A stretch of DNA of 38,829 bases from Planctomycetota bacterium (GTDB lineage Bacteria > Planctomycetota > Phycisphaerae > Phycisphaerales > SM1A02), in NCBI GenBank assembly GCA_022567855.1, contig JADFGE010000001.1, forward strand, positions 1-38,829. The letters run 5' to 3'. Shown here one piece after another: positions 9,813 to 19,354 of the stretch. The position numbers and the translations under genes were made by a program. Below the pieces are notes generated by a model. The model was not told where the DNA came from and ran no database searches. It worked only from the letters and a program-made list of their open reading frames with translations. Positions within the stretch are counted from its first letter, which is position 1. Each line of letters begins with the position of its first letter.

Positions 9813-9840
9813 GGCGTCTTGGGCGCGCGCCCAAGACGCC
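9813..9840. repeat. Perfect 28-bp palindrome ggcgtcttgggcgc/gcgcccaagacgcc
   Basis: Read directly from the sequence: the first 14 nt are the exact reverse complement of the last 14 nt. It lies in the 504-nt intergenic region between gdh and hepT. Confidence 0.95.
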
Positions 9841-10025
9841 TCGCCCCCGGAAGTATGGCGGAATCGTGACCGCATCCCTTCCCTTCGATGCCTTGATGCC
9901 ACGATGCCATGATGTCATTTCTGCGACGCGCTCGCCTGCAGCTCGCGGCTAAACGGGGCCGTTGCGCAACGGATCGTTGATTGCGTTTGAAGGCGTCCGC
10001 GGGTTACCAGTACGCGACGCCGGTG

Positions 10026-10055
10026 GCGGCCGAGGTTGCTTGCAGCCTCGGCCGC
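10026..10055 (-). terminator. GC-rich hairpin immediately downstream of hepT (possible terminator or RNA-stabilising stem, no U-tract)
   Basis: 10026-10035 gcggccgagg pairs with 10046-10055 cctcggccgc, giving a 10-bp stem with a 10-nt loop. It starts 14 nt after the hepT stop codon. Confidence 0.35.
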
Positions 10056-10068
10056 GCCGGTGTTGGTG

Positions 10069-10410
10069 TTACTTGGCGTTGATAATGATTTGGAGCTGGT
10101 CGATCAGTGGCGGAAGATCGTCCTGGATCACGTTCCATAAGATGTCCAGGTCCACAGCGTCGTACCCGTGCGTCAGTCGATTCCTCATGCCGACGATTTC
10201 CTTCCAAGGAATCCGAGGCAGCGCGGCGCGACGATTGGGCGAGACGCGCTTCGCGGCTTCGCCGACGATTTCGACAAGTCGCGTGAGCGACAACTCTAAC
10301 TTCCGGTCGGAGTCGAGGTTAGTCCGAGAGAATCCCTCAGCCATCTGAACGGCCTCACGGGCGTGATCCAGCATTTGGCCCATGCTGGTGATGTCATCAT
10401 GCCGCGACAT
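10069..10410 (-). CDS. hepT: HepT-like (DUF86) toxin of a type VII toxin-antitoxin system
   Basis: RX4HXY motif in RNRLTHGY. The size is about 113 aa. The ATG at 10410 overlaps the upstream mntA stop codon by 14 nt. Confidence 0.85.
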   Translation of the reverse strand: MSRHDDITSMGQMLDHAREAVQMAEGFSRTNLDSDRKLELSLTRLVEIVGEAAKRVSPNRRAALPRIPWKEIVGMRNRLTHGYDAVDLDILWNVIQDDLPPLIDQLQIIINAK

Positions 10411-10747
10411 AGATATCTCGGGCCTCATTGAGCACCTCATCACGAAAATACTTGCTCAACGATTGTGGCGTGTGTAGATCGACGCTCTGGCCGAACAACT
10501 CTGAAAGCTCATCCTGCAATCGGAAGAACGCTAATCCGATCCGCGCGTCCGGCTCGAACTCGACGAGCACGTCAACGTCACTGTCCGCCGTGAAGTCATC
10601 GCGCAGCGCAGAGCCAAACAGCGCCAGCCGACGAATGTGATGCTCGCGGCAAAGCGCTTCGATCTCGGCGTGAGGAAGTTGGGCAAGATCAAGAGGCATC
10701 GGCCCGATCATAGAAGGTTGGTTCAACGGAGGCGAACGGTCGGCCAA
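10397..10747 (-). CDS. mntA: MntA-like minimal nucleotidyltransferase antitoxin
   Basis: GSX10DXD motif in LFGSALRDDFTADSDVDVLVEF. It lies directly upstream of, and overlaps, the DUF86 gene. Confidence 0.85.
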   Translation of the reverse strand: MADRSPPLNQPSMIGPMPLDLAQLPHAEIEALCREHHIRRLALFGSALRDDFTADSDVDVLVEFEPDARIGLAFFRLQDELSELFGQSVDLHTPQSLSKYFRDEVLNEARDIYVAA

Positions 10748-10756
10748 CGAGTGGCT

Positions 10757-13387
10757 TTAGGAATTCCCGACCATCTCCGGCTCGTGCGCAGCGCGTTCAA
10801 GTACAAACGATTTGCCTTGGTAGTCAGCTTTGATCGTATCGCCGGGGTTGAAGTTGCCGGCGAGGATCTGCGCGGCGATCGGGTTCTCGAGGCGCTGTTG
10901 AATGATGCGCTTCAATGGGCGAGCGCCGAACTGCGGGTCGTAGCCTTCCTCGGCAAGGGCTGATTTCGCTGCATCCGTCAACTCGAGCGACAAACCACGA
11001 TCCGCCAGGCGCCCCCGGAGATGGCCGATTTGAATCTCCACGATCCCCGCCAGGTTCTCCTGCGTGAGTTGATTGAAGATAATCGTTTCGTCGATGCGGT
11101 TGAGGAGTTCGGGGCGCATCGTTTTCTTGAGCAGGTCGCGCATATGGGCTTCGATTTCAAGATCGAGCGCGCCTTGATCCGTCATTTCGAGAATCGCCTG
11201 CGACCCCATGTTACTGGTCATGATGATGATGGTGTTCCGGAAGTCAACGGTTCGGCCGTGGCCGTCGGTGAGGCGGCCTTCGTCGAGCAGTTGCAGCAGG
11301 ACGTTGCTGACATCGGGGTGGGCCTTGTCCATTTCGTCGAAGAGCAACACGCAGTAGGGTCGTCGCCGCACCGCCTCGGTGAGCCGACCGCCTTCTTCGT
11401 AGCCGACGTAGCCGGGGGGCGCGCCGATCAAGCGGGCTACCGCGTGTCGCTCCATGTATTCGCTCATGTCGATGCGGACGATCGCCTCCTCGGTGTCGAA
11501 GAGGAACTCCGCCAGCGCCTTGCACAGCTCGGTCTTGCCCACGCCGGTGGGACCGAGGAAGAGGAATGAACCGATCGGCCGCGTGGCTTCGCCGAGCCCG
11601 GCTCGACTGCGGCGCACAGCGTCGGAAACGGCGCGCACCGCTTCGTCCTGTCCGACAATACGACTGCGAATCTCATCTTCCATGCGCAGAAGCTTTTGTC
11701 GTTCGCCTTCGACGAGCCTGTCTAAAGGGATGCCCGTCCATCGCGCGACGATCTCGGCGATCTGCTCGGCGTCGACCTCTTCCTTCACCATCGCCTTGCC
11801 GTCGGCTTGCCGCTTCGCGAGCTCTTCCTCAGCGGCGTGCAGTTGTGATTCAAGCTCGCGCTGTTCGCCGTATTGGATGCGGGCAGCCGTTTCGAGATCG
11901 CCTCGACGTTGGGCCTGCTCGAACTCAGTGTGCTTGCGATCGATCTGGGTCTTGATGGACCTGATCTTGTCGAGTTCAGCCTTCTCGACGTCCCATTGCG
12001 CGCTGAGTCGGCGGTTGCGCTCCTCGAGGTCAGCGAGTTCTTCCTTGAGTGATAACAGCCGTTTCTTTGATTCCTCATCAACCTCGAGCTTGAGGGCTTC
12101 GCGCTCGATTTCAAGTTGCATGATCTTGCGGCGCAGCTCATCCAACTCAACGGGCATCGAATCGTTTTCGATGCGCAGGCAAGAGGCCGCCTCATCAACC
12201 AAGTCGATCGCTTTGTCCGGCAGGAACCGCCCGGTAAGGTAGCGATGACTGAGGGCAGCGGCGCTGAGCAGGGCGGCGTCCTGGATTCGCACGCCGTGAT
12301 GGGCCTCGTAGCGAGGCTTCAGGCCGCGCAGAATCGCGACGGTTTCCTCGACCGACGGTTCCCCTATATAGACCGGCTGGAAGCGCCGCTCAAAGGCGGC
12401 GTCTTTCTCGATGTGCTGGCGATACTCATCGAGCGTCGTCGCGCCGATGCAGCGCAGATCGCCGCGGGCCAGGGCCGGCTTGAGCATGTTGCCGGCAGAG
12501 ACGGCGCCTTCGGCTGCGCCGGCGCCGACGATCGTGTGCAACTCGTCGATGAAGAGGATGATCTTGCCGTCACTGGCGGCGACTTCGCGCAAGACGGCCT
12601 TGAGTCGTTCCTCAAACTCGCCGCGGAACTTTGTGCCCGCCAGGAGCTGACCGACATCAAGAGCGACGACTCTCGCATCGCGCATCGAAGCGGGACAATC
12701 GCCGTTGACGATTCGTAACGCGAGTCCCTCAGCGATTGCGGTCTTCCCCACGCCCGGCTCCCCGATGAGGACGGGGTTGTTCTTGGTTCGCCGGCCGAGC
12801 ACTTGCATGCAGCGTCGGATTTCTTCATCGCGCCCGATGACCGGGTCGAGCTTGCCTTGCTGGGCCAATTCAACCAGGTCGATCGCGTATTTCTTGAGCG
12901 CTTCGAAGGTTGCTTCGGCGTTTGGGTCGTTGATGTTCTGAACGCCGGACGCTTCGCGCAGGGACTTGATTGCCCCGAGCAGTCGTTTGTGGTCGAGCCC
13001 ATTGACGGTGAGAACCTCCTTCGCTTCGGATTTCACTTGCACAAGGGCGAGCAGGAGGTGTTCGCAGGAGGTGTACGCGTCGTTGAGCTGCTTGGCTTGT
13101 TTTTCAGCTTCGGTCAGGGCCCCGATGGCGGCGGGGCTGGTTTGCGGCTGGGCGGACTCGCCGGAGACAGTGGGTAGTCGCTTCAATTCGGCCTCGGCGA
13201 CCTCAGCCACACGATCGGCGTTCACGCCGGCCTTGCCGATGATCGAATGGGCGATCGAGGTGCGGTCTTCCAGGAGCGCCGCCAGAATATGCAGCGGCGT
13301 CAGCTCAGCGTGACCGGCCGAAAGCGCCTGCGACTGGGCATCAGCCAGGGCTTGCTGGGCCAGGGTTGTAAAGCGATCCATGCGCAT
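10757..13387 (-). CDS. clpB: ATP-dependent chaperone/disaggregase ClpB
   Basis: Two AAA+ modules with Walker A motifs [10 protein letters not shown] and [11 protein letters not shown] long coiled-coil middle domain and a Clp N-domain are present. The ATG at 13387 (MRMDRFT) is preceded by GGAGAA. The ORF-track extension to 13528 is not supported. Confidence 0.95.
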   Translation of the reverse strand: MRMDRFTTLAQQALADAQSQALSAGHAELTPLHILAALLEDRTSIAHSIIGKAGVNADRVAEVAEAELKRLPTVSGESAQPQTSPAAIGALTEAEKQAKQLNDAYTSCEHLLLALVQVKSEAKEVLTVNGLDHKRLLGAIKSLREASGVQNINDPNAEATFEALKKYAIDLVELAQQGKLDPVIGRDEEIRRCMQVLGRRTKNNPVLIGEPGVGKTAIAEGLALRIVNGDCPASMRDARVVALDVGQLLAGTKFRGEFEERLKAVLREVAASDGKIILFIDELHTIVGAGAAEGAVSAGNMLKPALARGDLRCIGATTLDEYRQHIEKDAAFERRFQPVYIGEPSVEETVAILRGLKPRYEAHHGVRIQDAALLSAAALSHRYLTGRFLPDKAIDLVDEAASCLRIENDSMPVELDELRRKIMQLEIEREALKLEVDEESKKRLLSLKEELADLEERNRRLSAQWDVEKAELDKIRSIKTQIDRKHTEFEQAQRRGDLETAARIQYGEQRELESQLHAAEEELAKRQADGKAMVKEEVDAEQIAEIVARWTGIPLDRLVEGERQKLLRMEDEIRSRIVGQDEAVRAVSDAVRRSRAGLGEATRPIGSFLFLGPTGVGKTELCKALAEFLFDTEEAIVRIDMSEYMERHAVARLIGAPPGYVGYEEGGRLTEAVRRRPYCVLLFDEMDKAHPDVSNVLLQLLDEGRLTDGHGRTVDFRNTIIIMTSNMGSQAILEMTDQGALDLEIEAHMRDLLKKTMRPELLNRIDETIIFNQLTQENLAGIVEIQIGHLRGRLADRGLSLELTDAAKSALAEEGYDPQFGARPLKRIIQQRLENPIAAQILAGNFNPGDTIKADYQGKSFVLERAAHEPEMVGNS

Positions 13388-13645
13388 CGGATATTTCTCC
13401 GGTGTGGTGGTCGGGAGACAGTACGTCTGCGTACATATCATTGACGCAAAGCGAATACCGTTTGGCGCTAGCGTCAGGGCTGTTTTAGGGGGCGTGCCGC
13501 TGCCAGAGTGGCAGGTGGGCGGGCCCAAGCCGTCAGGGTCCTACCTGTTCGTTGATGCGGTGGAAACAATGCCACCGGCCATCTACGTTAGTCTGAACGG
13601 CCACGGCATCGAACACTTCCTGGCAACCTCCTCGGATTGAGCAGT

Positions 13646-14410
13646 ATGGACCGTCGAACTCTCCATCGGATCGCGATTCTCATTCTGGCTATCGTCGGGC
13701 TGTCAACAGCAGCAGTCATTGCCCTCGTCGTAACGCTCGGAGGGAGTGTCCTAGAGGGCGAGTCGCGCCACGACTTCGGCATTGTCCTGCTCGACTCACC
13801 CAGCAGCATGTTCGAGCATACATTCCACTTGATCAACGACTCCGACGAGACGGTGGTGATCGAAAGCGCCAAGCCGTCATGCAGCTGCACCACTGCCGAG
13901 CTATCGACGCGCACGATCGAACCCGGCGGTTCAGTCGATATCACGGCTCGGATAACGCTGAAGGCCTCCGCCCATCGGGAGGTTTCGATCACATTGAATC
14001 TAAGTGATGGCGACGTTCACAACTTATGGGTGGAAGCGAACGGTCGCCTTCGGCAGCAACTCAAGTCCACCGCAGAGTTTTTGCGGGTTGCGCCCGGAAG
14101 TCCGGCGGTGACTGTTGTGTGGGTTGAAGTTTGGGATGACAGCGACAACGCGCCGCAGCCGACGCTGGAAACGCCGGACGGCGTGACGGCAAAGTTCACG
14201 CGGTGGGATCTTCACCGCAAACAAAACGAGCGCTACGGTGTGCCGGCCCAGTGGAGCGGGCGCATTGTCGTCGAGCAGCAGTCCGAGGCCCTGCCGCCCG
14301 GCGCGGCGATGACCGTGCAATTCAAGTCCAGCGAGCCGGTGACGGTGTATTTAGCGCCGGTAATCCCGCAGCCCACAGATCCAACGCAATCACTTCCGGA
14401 CGGTGGCTAA
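13646..14410 (+). CDS. DUF1573 domain membrane-anchored protein
   Basis: N-terminal TM helix (IAILILAIVGLSTAAVIALVV). DUF1573-type motif FEHTFHLINDSDETVVIESAKPSCSCT. The first ATG is at 13646; the ORF-track start at 13637 is a TTG. Confidence 0.65.
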   Translation: MDRRTLHRIAILILAIVGLSTAAVIALVVTLGGSVLEGESRHDFGIVLLDSPSSMFEHTFHLINDSDETVVIESAKPSCSCTTAELSTRTIEPGGSVDITARITLKASAHREVSITLNLSDGDVHNLWVEANGRLRQQLKSTAEFLRVAPGSPAVTVVWVEVWDDSDNAPQPTLETPDGVTAKFTRWDLHRKQNERYGVPAQWSGRIVVEQQSEALPPGAAMTVQFKSSEPVTVYLAPVIPQPTDPTQSLPDGG

Positions 14411-14500
14411 GCCGCTCCACAAGCCTGCGCCCGGCATCGACCGAACGCGGCCCGAGGTGATGGCCGTCCAGGAACGCTGCGCGTCACCCGCTACACGCGA

Positions 14501-15127
14501 TCATTGCGGCCCGTCGCGCAGGATGGCCCGCACAGGACTTGCATCAAAACCCATCAACTTCAAGGGCAACGCGATCAGCTCGTACATTCCTGCGGGTACA
14601 TCCTTCAGTACGATTCCTTCAAGAATTGCCATATCGTGTGCGAGGAACCGCTTGTGTGCAGGCAGATCCTTTGACTCGAACAAATCCACACTGGGTGTAT
14701 CGATGCCGACGAGCTTCACACCTTTTTCGTGAAGGTCGTCAACCAGGGCCGGACTCAGTCCCGCGAAATCTTCGTTGAACTTCGTCGGGTCGGGGTACGA
14801 ACCGGTTCCCAGCAACACACGCTCAGCTTCTATTGACGCGACAATCTGCGACGGTTCGATTCGCGTGCCGCGCTTCACCTCCACGTGAATGACCTGACAC
14901 GGTCCTACATAGACGTCCAGTGCCTGTTCACCGATGCCCTGCGCATCGATCCCGTAATGGTTCGGTCCATCCGCATGCGCACCCAAATGAACCGTTGCCT
15001 GCAACGTAGACAACGTGATGTTGTCGCCTTTGGCCAGATCCAATAGCACCTCGCGCGACGGCGGCGTGTCGCCCGGCCAAACAGCCAATGCTCCAGTAAT
15101 CGGAGGCGTGATGTCGTAGATCATCAT
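14501..15127 (-). CDS. kynB: Kynurenine formamidase (arylformamidase, cyclase family)
   Basis: Metal-binding motif HxGxHxDxPxH in VHLGAHADGPNHY. The ATG at 15127 overlaps the kmo stop codon (ATGATGA). Confidence 0.8.
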   Translation of the reverse strand: MMIYDITPPITGALAVWPGDTPPSREVLLDLAKGDNITLSTLQATVHLGAHADGPNHYGIDAQGIGEQALDVYVGPCQVIHVEVKRGTRIEPSQIVASIEAERVLLGTGSYPDPTKFNEDFAGLSPALVDDLHEKGVKLVGIDTPSVDLFESKDLPAHKRFLAHDMAILEGIVLKDVPAGMYELIALPLKLMGFDASPVRAILRDGPQ

Positions 15128-16458
15128 GCAATCCACCAAACGAGCGATACCAACAGGATGAACAGAACCACCAGCAACATCACCGTAAGGATTCGATCCT
15201 GCCTTTTCGCTTTTTGCACCGCTTGGGCATATGGAATCCGCGAGAAGCTCACCATGTTGTAGAGCGGTAAGTACCATTGCGGCAGGAGGCGATGCACAAC
15301 CCGCTCGCCTTTCTTTTTCCAGCGAAACAGCTTCGACGCAGCGTGATCGCGCATCTCCAGGAAATTGCTGATCGCCAAATCAGCGATCGCATCCGTATGC
15401 ACCTTGCGCCGTTCGAAATATGTTGCCAACGCCTTGCCCCAATCCCCGCGACAAACCTTGAGGCACTCCATGAGCGTGACGCAGTCTTCAAAGCCCGCGT
15501 TGATCCCCTGGCCATAGAACGGCACGATCGCATGCGCCGCGTCGCCGATCAGCGCCACTTTGTCCTGGTAGAACCACGGCCCGCAGCGCACGGTCACCAG
15601 TGAGCTCGTCGGGTTGCTGAGAAAATCCTCGACCAGCATCGGCATCAGGGCAACCGCATCGGGAAAATGCGCGTTGAAGAACGGCATGACCTCCGCTTCT
15701 TGTTGCACCGCCTCGAAGCTGTGCGGACCCTCAAACGGCCAAAATAGCGTACAGGTGAACGTCCGGTCCTTATTGGGAAGGGCGATCATCATGTACCCGC
15801 CGCGCGGCCAGATGTGAAGCGCGTTGGGCTGCATCGCGAAGTCGCCGTCGGATGTGGGTGGGATGCACAGCTCCTTGTAGCCGTGCGCGAGATACGTCTG
15901 GTTATAGTCGAACCGATCGAGCAGGTGCATGCGCTCGCGCACGGCTGAGAACGCCCCGTCGGCCCCGATCACGACGTCGCCTTGGACCCACATGGTCTCA
16001 TTGGTTTGAGCGTTCAGCAATTGGACGGCGGGCGTCTCGATATCGACATCAACGCAGCGCTGATCAAAGTGATGCTTGACGTTCGGATACTGCTGGGCGG
16101 CGTCGAGCATGGTGACGTTCAGGGCGCCCCGTGAGACGGAGTTGATCGCGTCGTTCGGATTCTTGCTGTAAGGCTGAAAGCTCAGTTGCCCGGTGGGGGA
16201 ATGAATCATCCGACCGCGCATAGCAATGGCATCGTCCAGCACTTTGCGATCAAGCCCCGCAAGCTTCAAGGCGTGAATGGCGCGGACCGAGATTGCCAGG
16301 TTGATCGATCGCCCGCCGACGATCCCCTCCTTGCGCGGGTCGGCTCGCCGCTCATACACGACGACGTCATACCCCGCCTCGCCCAGCAGGCACGCCAGCA
16401 GCGCGCCGGTCAGCCCGGCCCCAACGATGATGATGCGCTCGCGGCGGCCTTCGTTCAT
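15124..16458 (-). CDS. kmo: Kynurenine 3-monooxygenase (FAD-dependent), with a C-terminal hydrophobic tail
   Basis: GxGxxG motif in IIIVGAGLTGALLA. KMO-type motif GDAAHAIVPFYGQGINAGFEDC. The last 22 aa are ILTVMLLVVLFILLVSLVWWIA. ATG at 16458. Confidence 0.85.
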   Translation of the reverse strand: MNEGRRERIIIVGAGLTGALLACLLGEAGYDVVVYERRADPRKEGIVGGRSINLAISVRAIHALKLAGLDRKVLDDAIAMRGRMIHSPTGQLSFQPYSKNPNDAINSVSRGALNVTMLDAAQQYPNVKHHFDQRCVDVDIETPAVQLLNAQTNETMWVQGDVVIGADGAFSAVRERMHLLDRFDYNQTYLAHGYKELCIPPTSDGDFAMQPNALHIWPRGGYMMIALPNKDRTFTCTLFWPFEGPHSFEAVQQEAEVMPFFNAHFPDAVALMPMLVEDFLSNPTSSLVTVRCGPWFYQDKVALIGDAAHAIVPFYGQGINAGFEDCVTLMECLKVCRGDWGKALATYFERRKVHTDAIADLAISNFLEMRDHAASKLFRWKKKGERVVHRLLPQWYLPLYNMVSFSRIPYAQAVQKAKRQDRILTVMLLVVLFILLVSLVWWIA

Positions 16459-16597
16459 ACGGACAGTGTAGTTGAAACACGGAGGGCTACGGAGAGGGGC
16501 GTGCCGGCGTCGATATAGCCCTCGGCTTGCCGAGGGTTGGATTGCGCGTGGCAACTTCCCCCGGGCAAGCCCGGGGCTATGTGACAGCAAGGTCGAA

Positions 16598-17905
16598 TCA
16601 ACCAGTCGTCAGGACCTGCGCGAAACGCCACGCTTCGTGGAACGTGTTGTAAAACGGCGTCGGCGCGACACGAATCACGTTCGGCTCGCGGAAGTCACAG
16701 ACCACGCCCGCATCCAACAGCGCCTGGAACCGCTCCTGTGGCTTGTCGTGAACGAGAATCGAAAGCTGACAGCCTTGCGCTTCCGGATCGGCCGGGGTGA
16801 TGATCTCATAGCCGTCCGACCCGGTGCGCTCGATCAGGAACCGAAGGTAGCCGGTGAGTTGCTTGGATTTCGCGCGCAGGGCGTCGATCCCAACTTCGTC
16901 AAACATCTCCAACGATGCGCGCAGCGCCGCCATCGCCAGGATCGGCGGATTACTGATCTGCCAGCCATCCGCGCCGCTTTGCGCGACGAACGGGCGCTGT
17001 AAGTGCATCTGGAATCGGCCCTGCGGGTCGTCGCCCCACCACCCGGCATACCGCGGCAGGTCGAGGTTCTTGCCATGCCGTTCATGCACGAAACAGCCGC
17101 CCACGGCGCCGGGACCGCTATTGAGATACTTGTACGAACACCACACCGCGAAATCGACGTCCCAATCGTGCAGTTGCGGCGCGATGTTGCCCGCGCCATG
17201 GGCAAGATCAAATCCGACACTGCACCCCTTGTTCTTGGCTGCGGCGGTGATCCGCGGGATGTCAAAGACCTGACCGGTATAGAAGTTCGGGCAGCCGAAC
17301 ATCACGAGCGCAATCTCGTCGCCTTGCTCATCAAGCGCCGTTTCGATGTCCTCGATGCGAAGTGTGTGCTCACCTTCTCGCGGCGCAAGTTGCAAGAGGC
17401 CGTCTTTCGGATCGATCCCACGGGTTCGCATATGGGTCGTGACTGCGTAAAGGTCTGACGGAAACGCCGGCCGCTCCATCATGATCTTGTATCGTGTCTG
17501 GGTCGGTTGATAGAACGTGACCAACATCAGATGGATGTTGACGGTCAGGCTGTTCATAAACACGACTTCGCCTGCGCCGGGTTTTGCCCCGACCAACCGA
17601 GCGCCGCTTTCGCTGAATATCTCGTGATACGAAAACCAAGGCGTCCGGCCATCGAGATGCGCCTTGACCGCCAGCGTCTTCCAATCTTCGACTTCTTGCT
17701 CGATATACTGGCGCGCCTTTTCAGGCTGTAGGCCCAGCGAGTTGCCTGCAAAGTAAACTACGCGCTCACCATCCGGGCCGCGCGGACACAAGAACTTCTC
17801 GCGATACGTCGCCAGCGGGTCGCGGTCATCGAGTTGCTGGGCAAACGCTTCGGTTGGTTGATATGAATCGGTGGTCGGCGTTGCTGTCGTATCGGTGCGT
17901 GTCAT
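16598..17905 (-). CDS. kynU: Kynureninase (PLP-dependent)
   Basis: WCSYKYLNSGPG (PLP lysine motif). N-terminal region typical of kynureninase (FAGNSLGLQP). Length 435 aa. Confidence 0.9.
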   Translation of the reverse strand: MTRTDTTATPTTDSYQPTEAFAQQLDDRDPLATYREKFLCPRGPDGERVVYFAGNSLGLQPEKARQYIEQEVEDWKTLAVKAHLDGRTPWFSYHEIFSESGARLVGAKPGAGEVVFMNSLTVNIHLMLVTFYQPTQTRYKIMMERPAFPSDLYAVTTHMRTRGIDPKDGLLQLAPREGEHTLRIEDIETALDEQGDEIALVMFGCPNFYTGQVFDIPRITAAAKNKGCSVGFDLAHGAGNIAPQLHDWDVDFAVWCSYKYLNSGPGAVGGCFVHERHGKNLDLPRYAGWWGDDPQGRFQMHLQRPFVAQSGADGWQISNPPILAMAALRASLEMFDEVGIDALRAKSKQLTGYLRFLIERTGSDGYEIITPADPEAQGCQLSILVHDKPQERFQALLDAGVVCDFREPNVIRVAPTPFYNTFHEAWRFAQVLTTG

Positions 17906-17932
17906 ACGTTGATCGTAGCAGCAACGACCGAT

Positions 17933-19012
17933 TCAGCCTTGGGGTTGTCCGGCTTTATTCGCGGTGGTTACAGTCTCAGGCGATGCTGTGAACGCTGCCG
18001 CATCGAGATTCAGAAACTCCAATGCCGTCCCGGCCAGCATGCGCTGCTTGTCCTCGCCGGAGACATCCCCCAGACCCTCGATCAGCCGGCCGGGACAGTC
18101 CTCCCCCAGCACGAACGGGTAATCCGTGCCGAGCGCGATGCGCTCGGGGCCCATCAGCTTGATGAGGTATCGCAGCGCCTCCGCATCATGCACGAGCGAA
18201 TCGAGATAGATTCGGTTGAGGTACGAGCGGGGTTCGTGGGCACAATCACGTGCGACAACCTCCGGGCGCGTTCGATACCCATGTTCGATCCGCCCGATCG
18301 TGAAGGGGAACGATCCGCCGCCGTGGGCGAAGGCGACGCGGAGATTCGGCAGCCGATCCAACACGCCGCCCAGAATCAACGAGCAGATCGCGAGACCCGT
18401 CTCGGCCGGCATTCCCACCAGCCACGGCAGCCAGTACTTCTCCATGCGTTCTTGGCCGAGCATTTCCCACGGATGAACGAAAACCGCGGCGTCGAGTTGC
18501 GCCGCTGCTTCCAAGATCGCAACCACGGACGGGTCGTCGAGGTTGCGGCCGTTGACGTGCGTCCCGATCTCGATCCCGGCCAGACCGAGCTCATTCACGC
18601 ACCGCTCAAGTTCTTTGGTCGCCAACTTCTCATCCTGCATGGGGACCGTGCCCAGACCAACGAAGCGCTGCGGGTGTTCACGACATACTTCAGCGATGTG
18701 ATCGTTGAGTAAGCGAGCAAGATCAAGCGCATCGGGCGCCTTGGCCCGATAGCTGAACATCACCGGAACCGTGGAGAGGACCTGCACGTGAACGCCGTGC
18801 GTGTCGCAATCATTGATGCGCTCGTTCGCGTCCCAGCAGTTTGCTTGGATCTCGCGGAAGCACTTGCCGTCGATCATCATGCGCGCGCAGCCGGGGCAGT
18901 AGTGATCGAGCTTGGCCCATCCGCCGTAGCCGTATCGCGCGTGAAGGTCCGGCCAATCCTTGGGCAGGATGTGCGTATGGAGGTCAATTTTCAGGGCTGC
19001 GTGGTCGCGCAA
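17933..19012 (-). CDS. 2-amino-3-carboxymuconate-6-semialdehyde decarboxylase (ACMSD; amidohydrolase_2 family). The start codon is uncertain.
   Basis: [28 protein letters not shown] closely matches the N-terminus of animal ACMSD as I recall it. No ATG lies near that point. The candidate start is a TTG at 19012. The ORF stays open to a GTG at 19288, which would add about 90 Arg-rich residues. Confidence 0.75.
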   Translation of the reverse strand: MRDHAALKIDLHTHILPKDWPDLHARYGYGGWAKLDHYCPGCARMMIDGKCFREIQANCWDANERINDCDTHGVHVQVLSTVPVMFSYRAKAPDALDLARLLNDHIAEVCREHPQRFVGLGTVPMQDEKLATKELERCVNELGLAGIEIGTHVNGRNLDDPSVVAILEAAAQLDAAVFVHPWEMLGQERMEKYWLPWLVGMPAETGLAICSLILGGVLDRLPNLRVAFAHGGGSFPFTIGRIEHGYRTRPEVVARDCAHEPRSYLNRIYLDSLVHDAEALRYLIKLMGPERIALGTDYPFVLGEDCPGRLIEGLGDVSGEDKQRMLAGTALEFLNLDAAAFTASPETVTTANKAGQPQG

Positions 19013-19354
19013 GTTCAGGTAGCGTACCAGATTCGCAGCAACAGCGAAACGTGATTCGCCATCAAAGCCGAACTTTGCGCAGTCCCGATTGGGACGCAGC
19101 GGCACGGCGCCTGATCCACGAAAAACCGTCGGCTGCGCCGACCCCGGCGTGGAGACACGCCGGCTCGGATCAACCGGTGATCGTGACGTGTGGCGCCAGC
19201 GCCTCCCCACATTCGGTACACACCGCCGATGTACCGACAGGATATCCACAGCCCGGGCAACAACCGCGTCGGCGAACGGCTCGATCACGATCGGAGACGC
19301 AGGGCAGTTCAGGGGGTGGCGTCGCCAGCAACGCGCGGGCAGGCGCGACGAGGA

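Noticed and set aside
9528-9902. 124-aa ORF in the gdh-hepT intergenic region
   Set aside because: It has a Gly/Ala/Arg-rich low-complexity translation, no motif and no SD, and it spans palindromes and short repeats. It is more likely non-coding.
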